Assembly (NCBI GenBank): GCA_002269645.1
Contig: NIVC01000129.1
Coordinates: 418,755-482,754 of the forward strand
Length of the DNA stretch: 64,000 nt
Direction: 5' to 3'
Source of the DNA: Macrostomum lignano
Taxonomy: Eukaryota
The notes under the pieces: generated by a model
What the model was told of the DNA's origin: nothing
Seen by the model: only the letters and a program-made list of their open reading frames with translations
Databases searched by the model: none
Made by a program: the position numbers and the translations under genes
In this document: piece by piece, positions 42,177-53,255 of the stretch
Layout of the letters: each line of letters opens with the position of its first letter
Position numbering within the stretch: the stretch's first letter is position 1

Positions 42177-43496
42177 TCAGTCATTCTTATCGCTATCATC
42201 ATCGTCCTCATCTTCGTCAGTGGCTTCATCGTCTTCCATCTCGCCGCGGCGCCGACTGCCGCCAGCGGGCTCAGGCTCAGTCTCCGAGGCCGCGGCTGAG
42301 GACAGTTCAGCGCCGGCGGCAGCACCAACAGGGCCGTCGCCGCCGCTGCCTTCAACCGTGGCCGCCGCGATTTCGCCGCTGGTGTTGGCACTGCCGCCGA
42401 CAGATGAGGCAGCGGCGGCGGAGGCCGCGGTCTCGCCGCCGCCAATGCCGGCAGCGAAGACGCAGTTGGTGTACACGCCAATCTCATGCTCAGCCTGGCA
42501 GTGGCGCAGCAGCTCCCAGCTGCTGAGAAACTGCTTGCCGCACTTGGCGCAGTCCAGCATCCTGGGTTCACCCTTCAGCTTGCACAGGCAGACAAACCGG
42601 CGTCGGCAGCCGTCCTGCTTGTGCGAACTGAGCCGGTCCAGGTTGTCGAAAACGTCCTTGCAGTTGCCGCAGACCAAGTAGTCCCGGCCGCCGCTGATTC
42701 TATCGCGCGAGGCGCCAACTTGAGACAGCTTGCCGGAGTCGAAACCGCCGCTGTCGTCCTGACTGCCGAGCCGTCGGGGTCCCAGACGCTCCTTCACACT
42801 GAGGCCGCTGCTACCGCCGCCGCCGCCGCCGCTGACAACGCTCGACGCCGACGAGCCGCTGCCGCCGCCGTGTCGGTCTCGCCGATTCTTGGGCTCAGAC
42901 GCGATGTTCACGTCGATGGTCTGGCCGGCGTAGACGCGGCCGTCCTCGCGTTTGCAAGCGGACCGAGCTGCCGGCTCTTCGACAAACTGCACGAAAGCGA
43001 AGCCGTTATGGACGTTGACTTCCGTCAGGCTGCCGTATTTGCTGAATATTCGCTCCAGATCGGCTCGGCCCAGCTCGTTCGTGTTCAGATTGCCAATGAA
43101 CACGCGACCCTTGGGATTCTGGCCGCTTCCACCTCCGCCGCCGCCGCCGCCGCCTCCGTGATGCTGGCGATGATTCTGGGGTCCATGCTGATGATGCAGC
43201 ATTTGCGGAGGCTGCTGCTGTTGCTGCATCATGAACTGCATATCCATAGGGCCTGGGCCTTGCATTTGCATCTGGGGCGGCGGAGGCGGCGGCATCACGG
43301 CAGGCATGGGCGGCCCCGGCTGCGGGTAGGCCATAAACGGCTGCTGCTGCTGCTGCGGCGGCTGCTGGCCATAAGCCATCATTGGCATCTGGCCCGGATG
43401 CGTCATAGGCTGCTGCTGCACCATTGGCATGCTCTGCTGCATACTGCTAACTGGGGCCATTGGCATCATGCCAGGTATGTGCGGATTGACCTGCAT
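42177..43496 (-). CDS. Intronless protein: P/Q/M-rich N-terminus, hnRNP C/RALY/NCOA5-type RRM, BCL11-like CCHC and C2H2 zinc fingers, acidic tail
   Basis: RVFIGNLNTNELGRADLERIFSKYGSLTEVNVHNGFAFVQF...EDGRVYAGQTIDVNIASEPK; DYLVCGNCKDVFDNLDRLSSHKQDGC; CAKCGKQFLSSWELLRHCQAEHEIGVY; one uninterrupted 439-aa ORF. Confidence 0.9.
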   Translation of the reverse strand: MQVNPHIPGMMPMAPVSSMQQSMPMVQQQPMTHPGQMPMMAYGQQPPQQQQQPFMAYPQPGPPMPAVMPPPPPPQMQMQGPGPMDMQFMMQQQQQPPQMLHHQHGPQNHRQHHGGGGGGGGGGSGQNPKGRVFIGNLNTNELGRADLERIFSKYGSLTEVNVHNGFAFVQFVEEPAARSACKREDGRVYAGQTIDVNIASEPKNRRDRHGGGSGSSASSVVSGGGGGGSSGLSVKERLGPRRLGSQDDSGGFDSGKLSQVGASRDRISGGRDYLVCGNCKDVFDNLDRLSSHKQDGCRRRFVCLCKLKGEPRMLDCAKCGKQFLSSWELLRHCQAEHEIGVYTNCVFAAGIGGGETAASAAAASSVGGSANTSGEIAAATVEGSGGDGPVGAAAGAELSSAAASETEPEPAGGSRRRGEMEDDEATDEDEDDDDSDKND

Positions 43497-43643
43497 TGTT
43501 TAATAACTTGTTTCTGCTGCCAACTTAGTTACAGATTGAATCAGGATTGAGTTGCACTAGGATCATGAATCAATAAGTTGTAAATAAGACGTGTTCGTCA
43601 TTAAGACAGATTGTCTGATTAATGTCTAATTAATTAATATAAG

Positions 43644-43813
43644 CATGCTTGGGCGCAACCTAGGGATTCACCCGGCCGTTTCTATTGACAACACACACAT
43701 TTAAGTCGCTATTGGACGGAATAGTAGTCACGTGACTGCTCTCAGCCAATAGCGACTTACGTGTGTGTTGCCAATAGAAACGGCCGAGTGATTCCCAAGG
43801 TTGCGCATGTATG
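43644..43813. mobile_element. Fold-back MITE, hAT-like (8-bp TSD)
   Basis: ~60-bp arms gcgcaacctagggattcacccggccgtttctattg... / ...ccaatagaaacggccgagtgattcccaaggttgcgc; ends CAT...ATG; direct repeat aatataag at 43636-43643 and 43814-43821. Confidence 0.8.
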
Positions 43814-44149
43814 AATATAAGCCTTAAAATTGCATTTCAACAATAATATTTAACCTCTATTTGACTGCAGTTTAGACACTTACACTTATATAACCATTCC
43901 CGACAGATAGGTCCAAAATAGTTTCCGAAGCTACGATCATGAATGCTGCTGCTACCACCACCCTCCGTATAGTCTCACTTAAATTTAGTGTCTGTTTGCT
44001 AATGCTAATATACTTTATTTCTACTGATTGCTTTATACGAGCATCTTACTTCTGACAGCGACGACTAGTTATGGATCTAAACATCGGACTCTGAAAACAA
44101 TTTGCTCACTGACAACGAGGATGGATCCCTTCTATTGTTATAAAAGGCC

Positions 44150-45110
44150 CAGTGAGTAGGATGGTGACAACGTTGAAAGCGCAAGCAGCTCAGATGAGGA
44201 CATCGAAATGGAGGAAGAGCACGTGTGGCACCAAGCTATCAAAGGGATGGACAGGCCCACGGCTGCCCGAGTTCATGGGCTGGTACCAACACAAATCAGC
44301 GAATGGCAGTGAGTCAGCCTTTTTGCACCTAACCGACGAGCTATTTGAAAACATTGCCAGTTGGACGACCGAATGGGCTTGGAGTTTTGCTAAGGAAAGG
44401 TCAGTTGATGAGGTACCAAAGTTTGTGTCTACATGGAAGGATTACAGTGTTGACGAGATGAAAAAGCTGATTGGCATTGATGACTAGCCAGAGATCAGCT
44501 TGTACTAGGCAAAGGATCCTGTGTACCACTGCACATTTTTGGCTCAACCGCATTCAATTTTGTGTAACTGTTTTAAAGCAGATTCTCTCCTGCTTCTACA
44601 GTAGCACTGGTCCCACTCCTCAAAGCTCTGTGGACAAAATCATTCCATTCCTTGCTCTTGTGCAGCATGCCTGTTGGAACAATTACATACCAGATCAGTA
44701 ACTATCAATTGACAAGACTCTGGTCATGTACAAAGGATGGGTACTGTTTAGACAGTACATTCCCTCCAAGAAAAGCAAGTTGAGTATCAAGCTGTACCAA
44801 GCTATACAGTCCACAGCACCTTGATCTTGTACAACTACCATGGCAGCAGCATGTCTTTTCTGCATTTCTTGTGCAAGGTGCTAGATATTCTAGTTGCAGA
44901 AACTGTTATTGCCTGATGCTGAACTAATCCTCCAGCTGCAGCAGCAGTGCCAACTGGCACAGGTGATGGGCCGCCTGCTGCTTCTCAACATTTGCCCACT
45001 AAGGCATCCAAGGAAGGAGCTCTGACCTGATCTTTGTTTGCATCATATGTCTAAGGAGGCTAGCTCTGTGCCTTGGTGCATGCTTTAGTGCCAATTATAC
45101 TTAAAACAAT
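44150..45110 (+). pseudogene. Degenerate piggyBac (PGBD/DDE_Tnp_1_7-type) transposase remnant
   Basis: LTDELFENIA...TWKDYSVDEMKKLIG; Y*AKDP; VDKIIPFL; YIPDQ*LSIDKTLVMYKGWVLFRQYIPSKKSKLSIKLY; C-terminal CIIC...LCLGACF..Y motif near 45035-45105. Stops and deletions throughout. Confidence 0.85.
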
Positions 45111-46559
45111 TGCTTGTATATTGGACATTTCTAATGTGTATATGTAACTATCCCTACCTAGTTTATTAGTTTATATATTTCATTACTTTTGTTGCATTGC
45201 AGACTAACATAGTATCATACTATTATTGTCCAACTTATTTCATACACATAATAACTCCATTCTTTTTCTTCATTAAATTCAATAAAAATATACATTCGTA
45301 CTATTTAGCAACCATAGGAATTTTTCATTTAGAACAATCTCTTAGCATATGTTGCATAGTGGCTATAAATTGATTATAAACCATTTACTTTATATGTACT
45401 TCATTTTTCATTATGACAAAATATCCTAGCCTTATTAATGAGTTATATAGTATACATCGATAAAAGAGAAGTTCTATATTATATACATATATATAGTTAT
45501 ATATAATAATCTATTCTCTAATAGACTTTCTATCTGAGATCTTGGCTTCTAGTTATTAGGAATAGCTATAGTAAGAGATAATAAATCTAGCTCATATAAT
45601 AAAGATATATTTTATGCCATCTAGCTCAAATATAGACAGAGTGAAAAAATACTATTTGTCTGCCTATGGTTAAATATGCATTTAAATAAATAGGCCCTTT
45701 AATAGGTAGATTAGACTTGAAGGCCTCATAACATATATATTAAAACAAACATATGAAACTGCTGCTAACTTGGCTGATAAGGCCACTATAAATTGTGGTA
45801 GACTAGGGATAAATCACAAAAATGCCTATTCAAAAGAATAGACATATTACTAGTTAGATTATAAGGCACTTAGCTATAATAAGACAGTCACAGTTATTCT
45901 TGCAATTTATCTAAAATTGGTCTATTTTTGCATTGAGGGTTTCTTTCCTAGACAAATTTCATAGCTAGTATAAATCAAGGGGATTGTGCATATATATATA
46001 AAAACAATTAATATGCTTTTAATTTTGTCCTTACTAAAGACTATTAGTCCTATTACAACCAAAATTCTTCTATATCTATACCAATAAACATCAATTTCTT
46101 ATATGATTCTTTTATATCTATATGTTTATCTACAGCTACTTATTTTGTAGCTTCTTATAATAAATCCAATGAATCTAATGAATTTAATTTAAAGTTAAAT
46201 ATAATAGAAACATTTTTTTCTTATTTACCATGATATAAATTATAATAAAGTAAAATGATAACAATAGTTTTAGGCCTACTTATTAGGGCCTACTCATTAG
46301 CAAGAATCATCTTATCTTTAGCCTTACCCCAATCATAATATGCATGTTATATTAAAAATTTCTATTGCTAAGTCATGGTATTAAGCTTTAGCTTTAGAGG
46401 CTTAAATGACTTCTGTATTTATCTTAATTATTAGTCTTTTATCTCTACTTATACTATGTACTACTATATGTATTAAGCTTATGACCTAAAACATTGAATT
46501 TTTTGTTGCTTATGACTATAAAAGGACTTAGGTTAAGAGCTTTTCTAGGCCTATTACAT

Positions 46560-46960
46560 TAAAAGCTAATTAAATTAGCTAAAATTCATTTTTACTTTAG
46601 GCCTTTGCCTTTTTAACCAAACACAAACTATCTTTAATTATCAAGCCTTCCAAGATAGTTTTTTAATAATTAGGCCTAATATATACTTAGAAACATGTTA
46701 AAGTTTCTATCTCAAAGCTAGGCTAGTCTAGTGGTCAACTGATGAATTAATCAATTTTTAATATTATCATTGACAATACATTGTCATTAGGCCTAATATT
46801 AGTTTATTTTTCTTCATATTAGCTTAATTACAAAATCAACCCATATAAGCCTACAAATATAGTGTGAATTGTTGCATCACTTGGACAAAGTCACAGCTCA
46901 GATCTAAGGAAAGTTGACCATTGGTTTTGGAGTAGCAACTTTAATATTCTGCTAAATGCT
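46560..46960 (-). mobile_element. Possible heavily decayed RTE-like LINE 3' fragment
   Basis: Faint motifs LYG, MYC..ILKID and KTILEG on the minus strand, with many stops. Weak. Confidence 0.25.
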
Positions 46961-47594
46961 AAGTATAAGCCAAGGTCTAGGCCTACTTTACTAAAATTCA
47001 AAATATTGTTTAACTCAGACTTAACACTTAGGGTTTATTTTCGTGCACAGAATGTGCATGGGCGGCCTATGTAGGCCTATCCTAAATTTTAAAATTGTAG
47101 GCCCCTACCTCAAAATTAAAAAATGGATGCAGTTTAAGTGCAGTCTCATAACCTATTTTTCTAATGAAGCTTTATTTGTATTGTTTTAATTTAAAAAAGA
47201 GAAATTGCACTTTGAAATTGAACATAGAGTGCATTTTGTACTTTGTTTTGGCAAAAAAGAGAACCCTGATTAGACTATAGCCAAAAAGGCCCTAAAGGTT
47301 TTATAAAATTTTAATTTTGATTTTGATTTTCCATAGGCCTATTTCAGAAATTTCTAAATGCAAATTTAGATGTTAGATGATGATTTTTTAAAAATTGGAG
47401 CCCTAGAGGGCAAAAAAACTTTTTTTCTGCATTTGTATTTTGCTTCCACCGCTTCCATTGGAGATGGATTTGTCTCTGCGCCCCCATGGAGATGATGATA
47501 ATGATTTGATAAATGTGGTGATATTCAAAATATTCTTCACATGCAATCAGTTTAAAAATATTTTTACAATTAGGCCCATTAAGTTTAAAATAAG

Positions 47595-47710
47595 GGGTGC
47601 GTTCGAGTGGCTTAAAATGGCTTAAATTGGCTTAAAATGGCGCCGCTGCTTAAAATCATTTTAAGTAATTTTAAGTTATTTTAAGCCATTTAAGCTACTC
47701 GAATGCACCC
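47595..47710. mobile_element. Small MITE, PIF/Harbinger-like (3-bp TSD)
   Basis: TIRs gggtgcgttcgagtggcttaaaatggcttaa / ttaagccatttaagctactcgaatgcaccc, flanked by aag on both sides. Confidence 0.75.
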
Positions 47711-49200
47711 AAGCTATCTTGATAATGAAAAAATGTTGTTAAATCTTCTTTATTCATTTAACAATACTTTTTACTCAAAGAAAATACATATGTTAAAGTA
47801 GTATACCATTTGAGCAATTTAAAAGCAGCATGTATAGGCCTAGCTACTCTTTGTTTTAGTATAACTATTTGAAAGGTTAAGATAATCGTTGTTAATAAAA
47901 TTAAGACAATTAAAAATCAGGTTTAGGCCTACCTCACTATAAGTCCAAAAAGCTATTTTAAGCTTCTCAAATGTACCCTAAGAGTGACGGATTCTCAGAC
48001 AGATTAATTAAAATCACGATTGTTGAACGTGTTTTGTATACACATTTTATATTGGTAGTGGGACCCCAGGGTTTTAGCTAAAAAATCCCCAGGACCGGAG
48101 GACCCCAGGCCCAGGGCCAGGGAGCGATTTTTTTGGTGAAAAAAATTTCTAGGGAATTGACATCCCTAATTAGAACCTCTTGCTTTCCCCAAGCAATGCA
48201 GAACATATCTATAGCACTAGTCATACACTCATACATGTGCAACTCCCCTGGGTCCTGATTTACACTAGCCATGAATTGAAACTTACTTTTTGACCAAAAA
48301 TGCAATTTACCTAGGCTAGGTGGCAGGCGCCTGGTAGGCCTAGGGCGCTAGGCCCCTAGGCTATGCACTAGCCTAGCCCATGTATGAAAGAAAACCTGAA
48401 GCAAAAGTTAATAATATAGGCCTAGTTATGGATAAATGGCAGAACAAGAGTAACTATGACCATAGGCCTACTAAGGCCTATTAAGACTAAATACTTCTTC
48501 ATTTAATTAGTACTAGGGGCCTATAAGCCTATGTCTATAAAATATAGACATAGGCTTATACTATAGGCCTAATCTATATTTTTATTTTTTAGGCCTAGTA
48601 GGCTTTTCTACCTATGTTTTCAATATTTGGCATATTCATATACTAGTAGGCATATCTAAACTTGCTTTTCTTTGACTTTAATGTCTATATCAGTAAAAAT
48701 TTTAAATTTGAATCATCTTTCCCTAGGCTCATGCCTGCTTTGTTCCTTGTCCAGTTGTCTTTAGTCTTCTTTTCTATCTTTTTTTTGTCTTTTCTTTTTT
48801 TTTCTTTTATTTTTCCTTTTCTTTCACTTTTTTCCTTTCTCTTTTGTTGCATGTAGGCCTAATATCAAAAATCTCTAATAATCTTTCAAGATCCCTAAGT
48901 TTAGTCTAGAGAGTCAGACTCAAAAGCTCCTTTGAATTGAAAATAAAAGAATTTATTCTAACTTTAGCCCCTAATATCCTATTTGCATAATTTCAACCTG
49001 CTTTGATGAAGGAATTTTTGGTGAAAGTCAATAATAGCAAAAATACTTTTGCAATAACCATTTTGTTTAAACTTTTAAAGCTGACCATTTTGGCAAATGC
49101 ACCTTAAAATTTAGTGAAGAGTGAAAATTGAGTTCTTGTTGATTTCAAAAGTCAAAATAAAAAAGAAACTTTATAATGACTATTTACAAAGTTGTAAAGA

Positions 49201-49314
49201 CGGCTATCCTGTAGTTTCGCACGTTTAATTATAACCCCCACCCCCCACCACCCTTGAATAGAGGGCGAAATAATTCCGTAAAATAATTTAACGTGCGAAA
49301 CTACAGGATAGCCG
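49201..49314. mobile_element. Small MITE with apparent 6-bp TSD
   Basis: TIRs cggctatcctgtagtttcgcacgtt / aacgtgcgaaactacaggatagccg, flanked by taaaga at 49195-49200 and 49315-49320. Confidence 0.8.
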
Positions 49315-50227
49315 TAAAGACTATTAGGCCTAGGCCTAGTTGTCATTTTTTTATACTTATAGTGGGATTTTAAAGTATGCTTGCCCCTTGCTTGAGATGC
49401 AAAAATAGGTAAAAGTTGCTCAGGTCAAGGTCAAATGAATAAGCAAGGTATGGCAGCTCTTAGAACCCTGCAATGCTGATAGCTGCCTTTGCCTACTAAT
49501 TATCCTTGATTGTCTTATACAGATAGGTGAACAGATTAGCATAGTAGGCACCTATGACTATCTGTTTATATAGAAAAAAGTCTAGTAGTAGTGGGCCTTT
49601 GGCATCCCAAAAGACTGAGCATTATCTTGACTGCACTATATCTAATATGTGCCTTCAGTGATGCAGGTGCACCAACTGGCAGTCACTACTTTGATTCCTC
49701 TTGATTTGTGATTATGGTGGTAGATCTATGTCTCATTACTAGTCATAGTAGAATAAAAAATTGGCATAATCTAGACTATAAGTTTGTAGGACAAGCTTTG
49801 CATATTATAACCATATAGACTTTTAGTTGCTTGTCAAGATTTGCAGGATCCATTAGGCTGAAACCTTTGACAAATGAAAATGCTAGTGTAGGATCTCGAT
49901 GACCTATGGGTCAAAAAGCCCAGTGTTTGCCGCAAGTTCCCTGACCTTTACCTGCCAATCACTATGCAAACCATCAACCAAGGCCTCAATGTGCTAGATT
50001 TTTTTCAGCAGTGACAGCAGCCTGGGGGCATTTGCATTGAGGGTTATCTCCAAGAGTCTTGGCCAAATTTGAACTTGGCTGCCTAACACTTGACAGTGGC
50101 ATATATGGGGGCAGCCCTAGTATATATGCCAGCCATGCAACTTTGGATTTCAGCAGGTTTTGAGCCTTGCAAGGTCAAGAATTTGATCACTGCCCTATAC
50201 TTAAGTTTTAGTCCTTGAGAATTTGCT

Positions 50228-50269
<42 letters not shown>

Positions 50270-50270
50270 T
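50228..50270 (+). repeat. (GATA)n microsatellite
   Basis: Direct reading. Confidence 0.9.
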
Positions 50271-51430
50271 AGCTAAAAATATTAAGGTGCTATGGAACTT
50301 AAGTAATGTCTAGAGAGCTGAAAATTTTGTCAAAGACTATATCATATTATTGTGTTAAAGCTTTGATTTTCACGCTTTGTAACAATGAGATCTTGGTCAG
50401 GCTTGGCTCAGAACTTTTTTAGTGCTTCTTGTATATTGCTTTTTAATATTGTGATCATTTTTATTTAACATAACCAGTTTTTATGCCAAATACATCATTT
50501 TAAGCCTTTTAATCCCTTATTTATTGATAAAAAATCTTATTTAACCAGATTAGCCAAAACCTTAGAGATAATACTTGCAAGAGTCATATGCATCAGTTTT
50601 ACCTTCTAATATACTAGGCTCTATTAGCTTCTTTTTTTGCTCTTAGCTTTTAGCTTATTATATACTAAGATGAAAAAAACTCAATATGATAATTAAAATT
50701 AAATATAAAGGTCTAGTACTATTTATGCAAAAGTAGTATTCATATTCTAATTTTAGTTTAAATTTCAATCTATATATATAAAACAAAAGATTGAATACTT
50801 CCCATGTATAAAATAAAGATACTAATCCTAAAATTTTAGGATTATAGCAAAAATTGGAATCTTGACCCTTTATATTAGAAGGTATATTAGAAGGTAAGGC
50901 TAGCTAATATAATAATATAGAAGGCTAATATAGAAGGTAAGCCTCTATATTAGAAGGTAAGGCTAGCTAAGTAGCTTTGATAAACCTAAAACTAGAGGAA
51001 ATAATAATGTTGATAGTTAAATTTAAACCTGTCTTTACTAAGACTAAGTAGTAAATAAAGCAGGCAGCCTACAAATAGGCTTACCTTTATAAGGCATATC
51101 TATAGGTTGTAGCCAGTCATATTAATATAGTATCTGGCAGTCTCTTAGTCATCATTGTTTTGTAGGCTAGTTTATAGTTTGCTAATCTAAAATTGCAGAG
51201 CTGAGAATTCCACTCAGCTCTGCAATTCTGATATCCAAAGACTATATCTTTAGTACAGAGTTGATATTTTCTTTCATCCAGTAGCGATGTTAATTGATTA
51301 GGGAATTTTAGCCTCTGTCAAAGCTATCATTCAAATTGCTCTCTGCAGAGCGTCAGCCGGGTGGCTTAACCGGGACCGAAGCAGAGAAAGAGAGCCAAAA
51401 GCAGCAAAGAAAGCTGATTACTCAGAATCC

Positions 51431-51784
51431 ATGGGTCGCTACAGTGTCAAGCCAGAGAGCGCTTCAAAGTGCGCCAAAGCGCGCGGCTCCTATCTGCGCG
51501 TGCATTTCAAGAATACGCGCGAGGCTGCTGGCGCGGTGCGCGGCATGCCACTAAAACGGGCGCAGCGCTACCTGAAGAATGTCATCGCCAAGAAGGAAAT
51601 TGTGCCGTTCAGGCGCTTTATGGGCGGCACTGGCCGGCATGCCCAGTCTAAGGTGTGGGGCACAGCCACTGGCCGCTGGCCGAAGAAGTCCTGCGAATTT
51701 CTGCTGCAGTTGCTCAAGAACTGCGAGAGCAACGCTGAGTTCAAGGGATTGGACGCTGATCACCTGGTTATCGATCACATCCAG
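51431..51784 (+). CDS. RPL17: 60S ribosomal protein L17 (uL22), coding exon 1
   Basis: MGRYS...[18 protein letters not shown]...[27 protein letters not shown]...HIQ; donor CAG|GTGTGG. Confidence 0.98.
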
Positions 51785-51804
51785 GTGTGGCTGGCTTAAA
51801 TGTC

Positions 51805-52960
51805 TGCAGAGAGTAGAGAGGCAGATTCTCAACAGCTAAGTGAGAGCAGAGAGGCAGATTCTCAACAGCTGAGTGAGAGCAGAGAGGCAGATTCTCAACA
51901 GCTAAGTGAGAGCAGAGAGGCAGATTCTCAACAGCTGAGTGAGAGCAGAGAGGCAGATTCTCAACAGCTAAGTGAGAGCAGAGAGGCAGATTCTCAACAG
52001 CTAAGTGAGAGCAGAGAGGCAGATTCTCAACAGCTGAGTGAGAGCAGAGAGGCAGATTCTCAACAGCTGAGGGAGAGCAGAAGAGAGGCAGATTCTCAAC
52101 AGCTAAGTGAGAGCAGAGAGGCAGATTCTCAACAGCTGAGTGAGAGCAGAGAGGCAGATTCTCAACAGCTGAGGGAGAGCAGAAGAGAGGCAGATTCTCA
52201 ACAGCTAAGTGAGAGCAGAGAGGCAGATTCTCAACAGCTGAGTGAGAGCAGAGAGGCAGATTCTCAACAGCTGAGTGAGAGCAGAGAGGCAGATTCTCAA
52301 CAGCTAAGTGAGAGCAGAGAGGCAGATTCTCAACATCTGAGTGAGAGCAGAGGCAGATTCTCAACAGCTAAGTGAGAGCAGAGAGGCAGATTCTCAACAG
52401 CTAAGTGAGAGCAGAGAGGCAGATTCTCAACAGCTGAGTGAGAGCAGAGAGGCAGATTCTAAACAGCTGAGTGAGAGCAGAGAGGCAGATTCTCAACAGC
52501 TAAGTGAGAGCAGAGAGGCAGATTCTCAACAGCTGAGTGAGAGCAGAGGCAGATTCTCAACAGCTAAGTGAGAGCAGAGAGGCAGATTCTCAACCAGCTA
52601 AGTGAGAGCAGAGAGGCAGATTCTCAACAGCTGAGTGAGAGCAGAGAGCCAGATTCTCAACAGCTAAGTGAGAGCAGAGAGGCAGATTCTCAACAGCTAA
52701 GTGAGAGCAGAGAGGCAGATTCTCAACAGCTGAGTGAGAGCAGAGGCAGATTCTCAACAGCTGAGTGAGAGCAGAGAGGCAGATTCTCAACAGCTGAGTG
52801 AGAGCAGAGGCAGATTCTCAACAGCTGAGTGAGAGCAGAGAGGCAGATTCTCAACAGCTGAGTGAGAGCAGAGGCAGATTCTCAACAGCTGAGTGAGAGC
52901 AGAGGCAGATTCTCAACAGCTAAGTGAGAGCAGAGAGGCAGATTCTCAACAGCTGAGGGT
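51805..52960 (+). repeat. RPL17 intron: 33-bp minisatellite (~35 copies)
   Basis: Unit gagagcagagaggcagattctcaacagctaagt. Confidence 0.95.
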
Positions 52961-53051
52961 AGAGCGCAAGAGGCAGTTTCTCGGTAGGGGAGCAGAAGAA
53001 AGTTCTCTATTATTAAGGTAAAAAAGCGCGCCCTTTCCGCCTCGGTCTCAG

Positions 53052-53255
53052 GTGAACCGCGCCCCTAAGATGCGCCGGCGCACGTACCGCGCCCACGGCC
53101 GCATCGGGCCCTACATGTCTTCGCCGTGCCACGTTGAAGTGATTCTAAACGAGCACGAACAGGTGGTAGCCCGGGCCGCGGACACCGAGGAGACCACGGC
53201 GAAGAAGAAGGAGAGCAAGAAGAAGCTTAAGAAGGCCAAGCTGCGAGGCGAATAG
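53052..53255 (+). CDS. RPL17: 60S ribosomal protein L17 (uL22), coding exon 2
   Basis: Acceptor tctcag|GTG; [32 protein letters not shown]; 185 aa in total. Confidence 0.98.
   Translation: MNRAPKMRRRTYRAHGRIGPYMSSPCHVEVILNEHEQVVARAADTEETTAKKKESKKKLKKAKLRGE

Noticed and set aside
42486-43550. 354-aa plus-strand ORF overlapping the RRM-ZnF gene
   Set aside because: Antisense shadow of a GC-rich coding sequence, with no recognisable domain.
44152-44701. Two ORFs read as a functional transposase
   Set aside because: Interrupted by stops and deletions, with a catalytic-region substitution; treated as a pseudogene.
43840-45800. TTAA target sites and TIRs for the piggyBac remnant
   Set aside because: No matching pair of ends could be found by eye.
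51800-52790. ESREADSQQLS repeat ORFs
   Set aside because: They come from the 33-bp array inside the RPL17 intron.
51785-53051. Intronic snoRNA expected from vertebrate RPL17
   Set aside because: No convincing C/D or H/ACA boxes; the intron is almost entirely tandem repeat.
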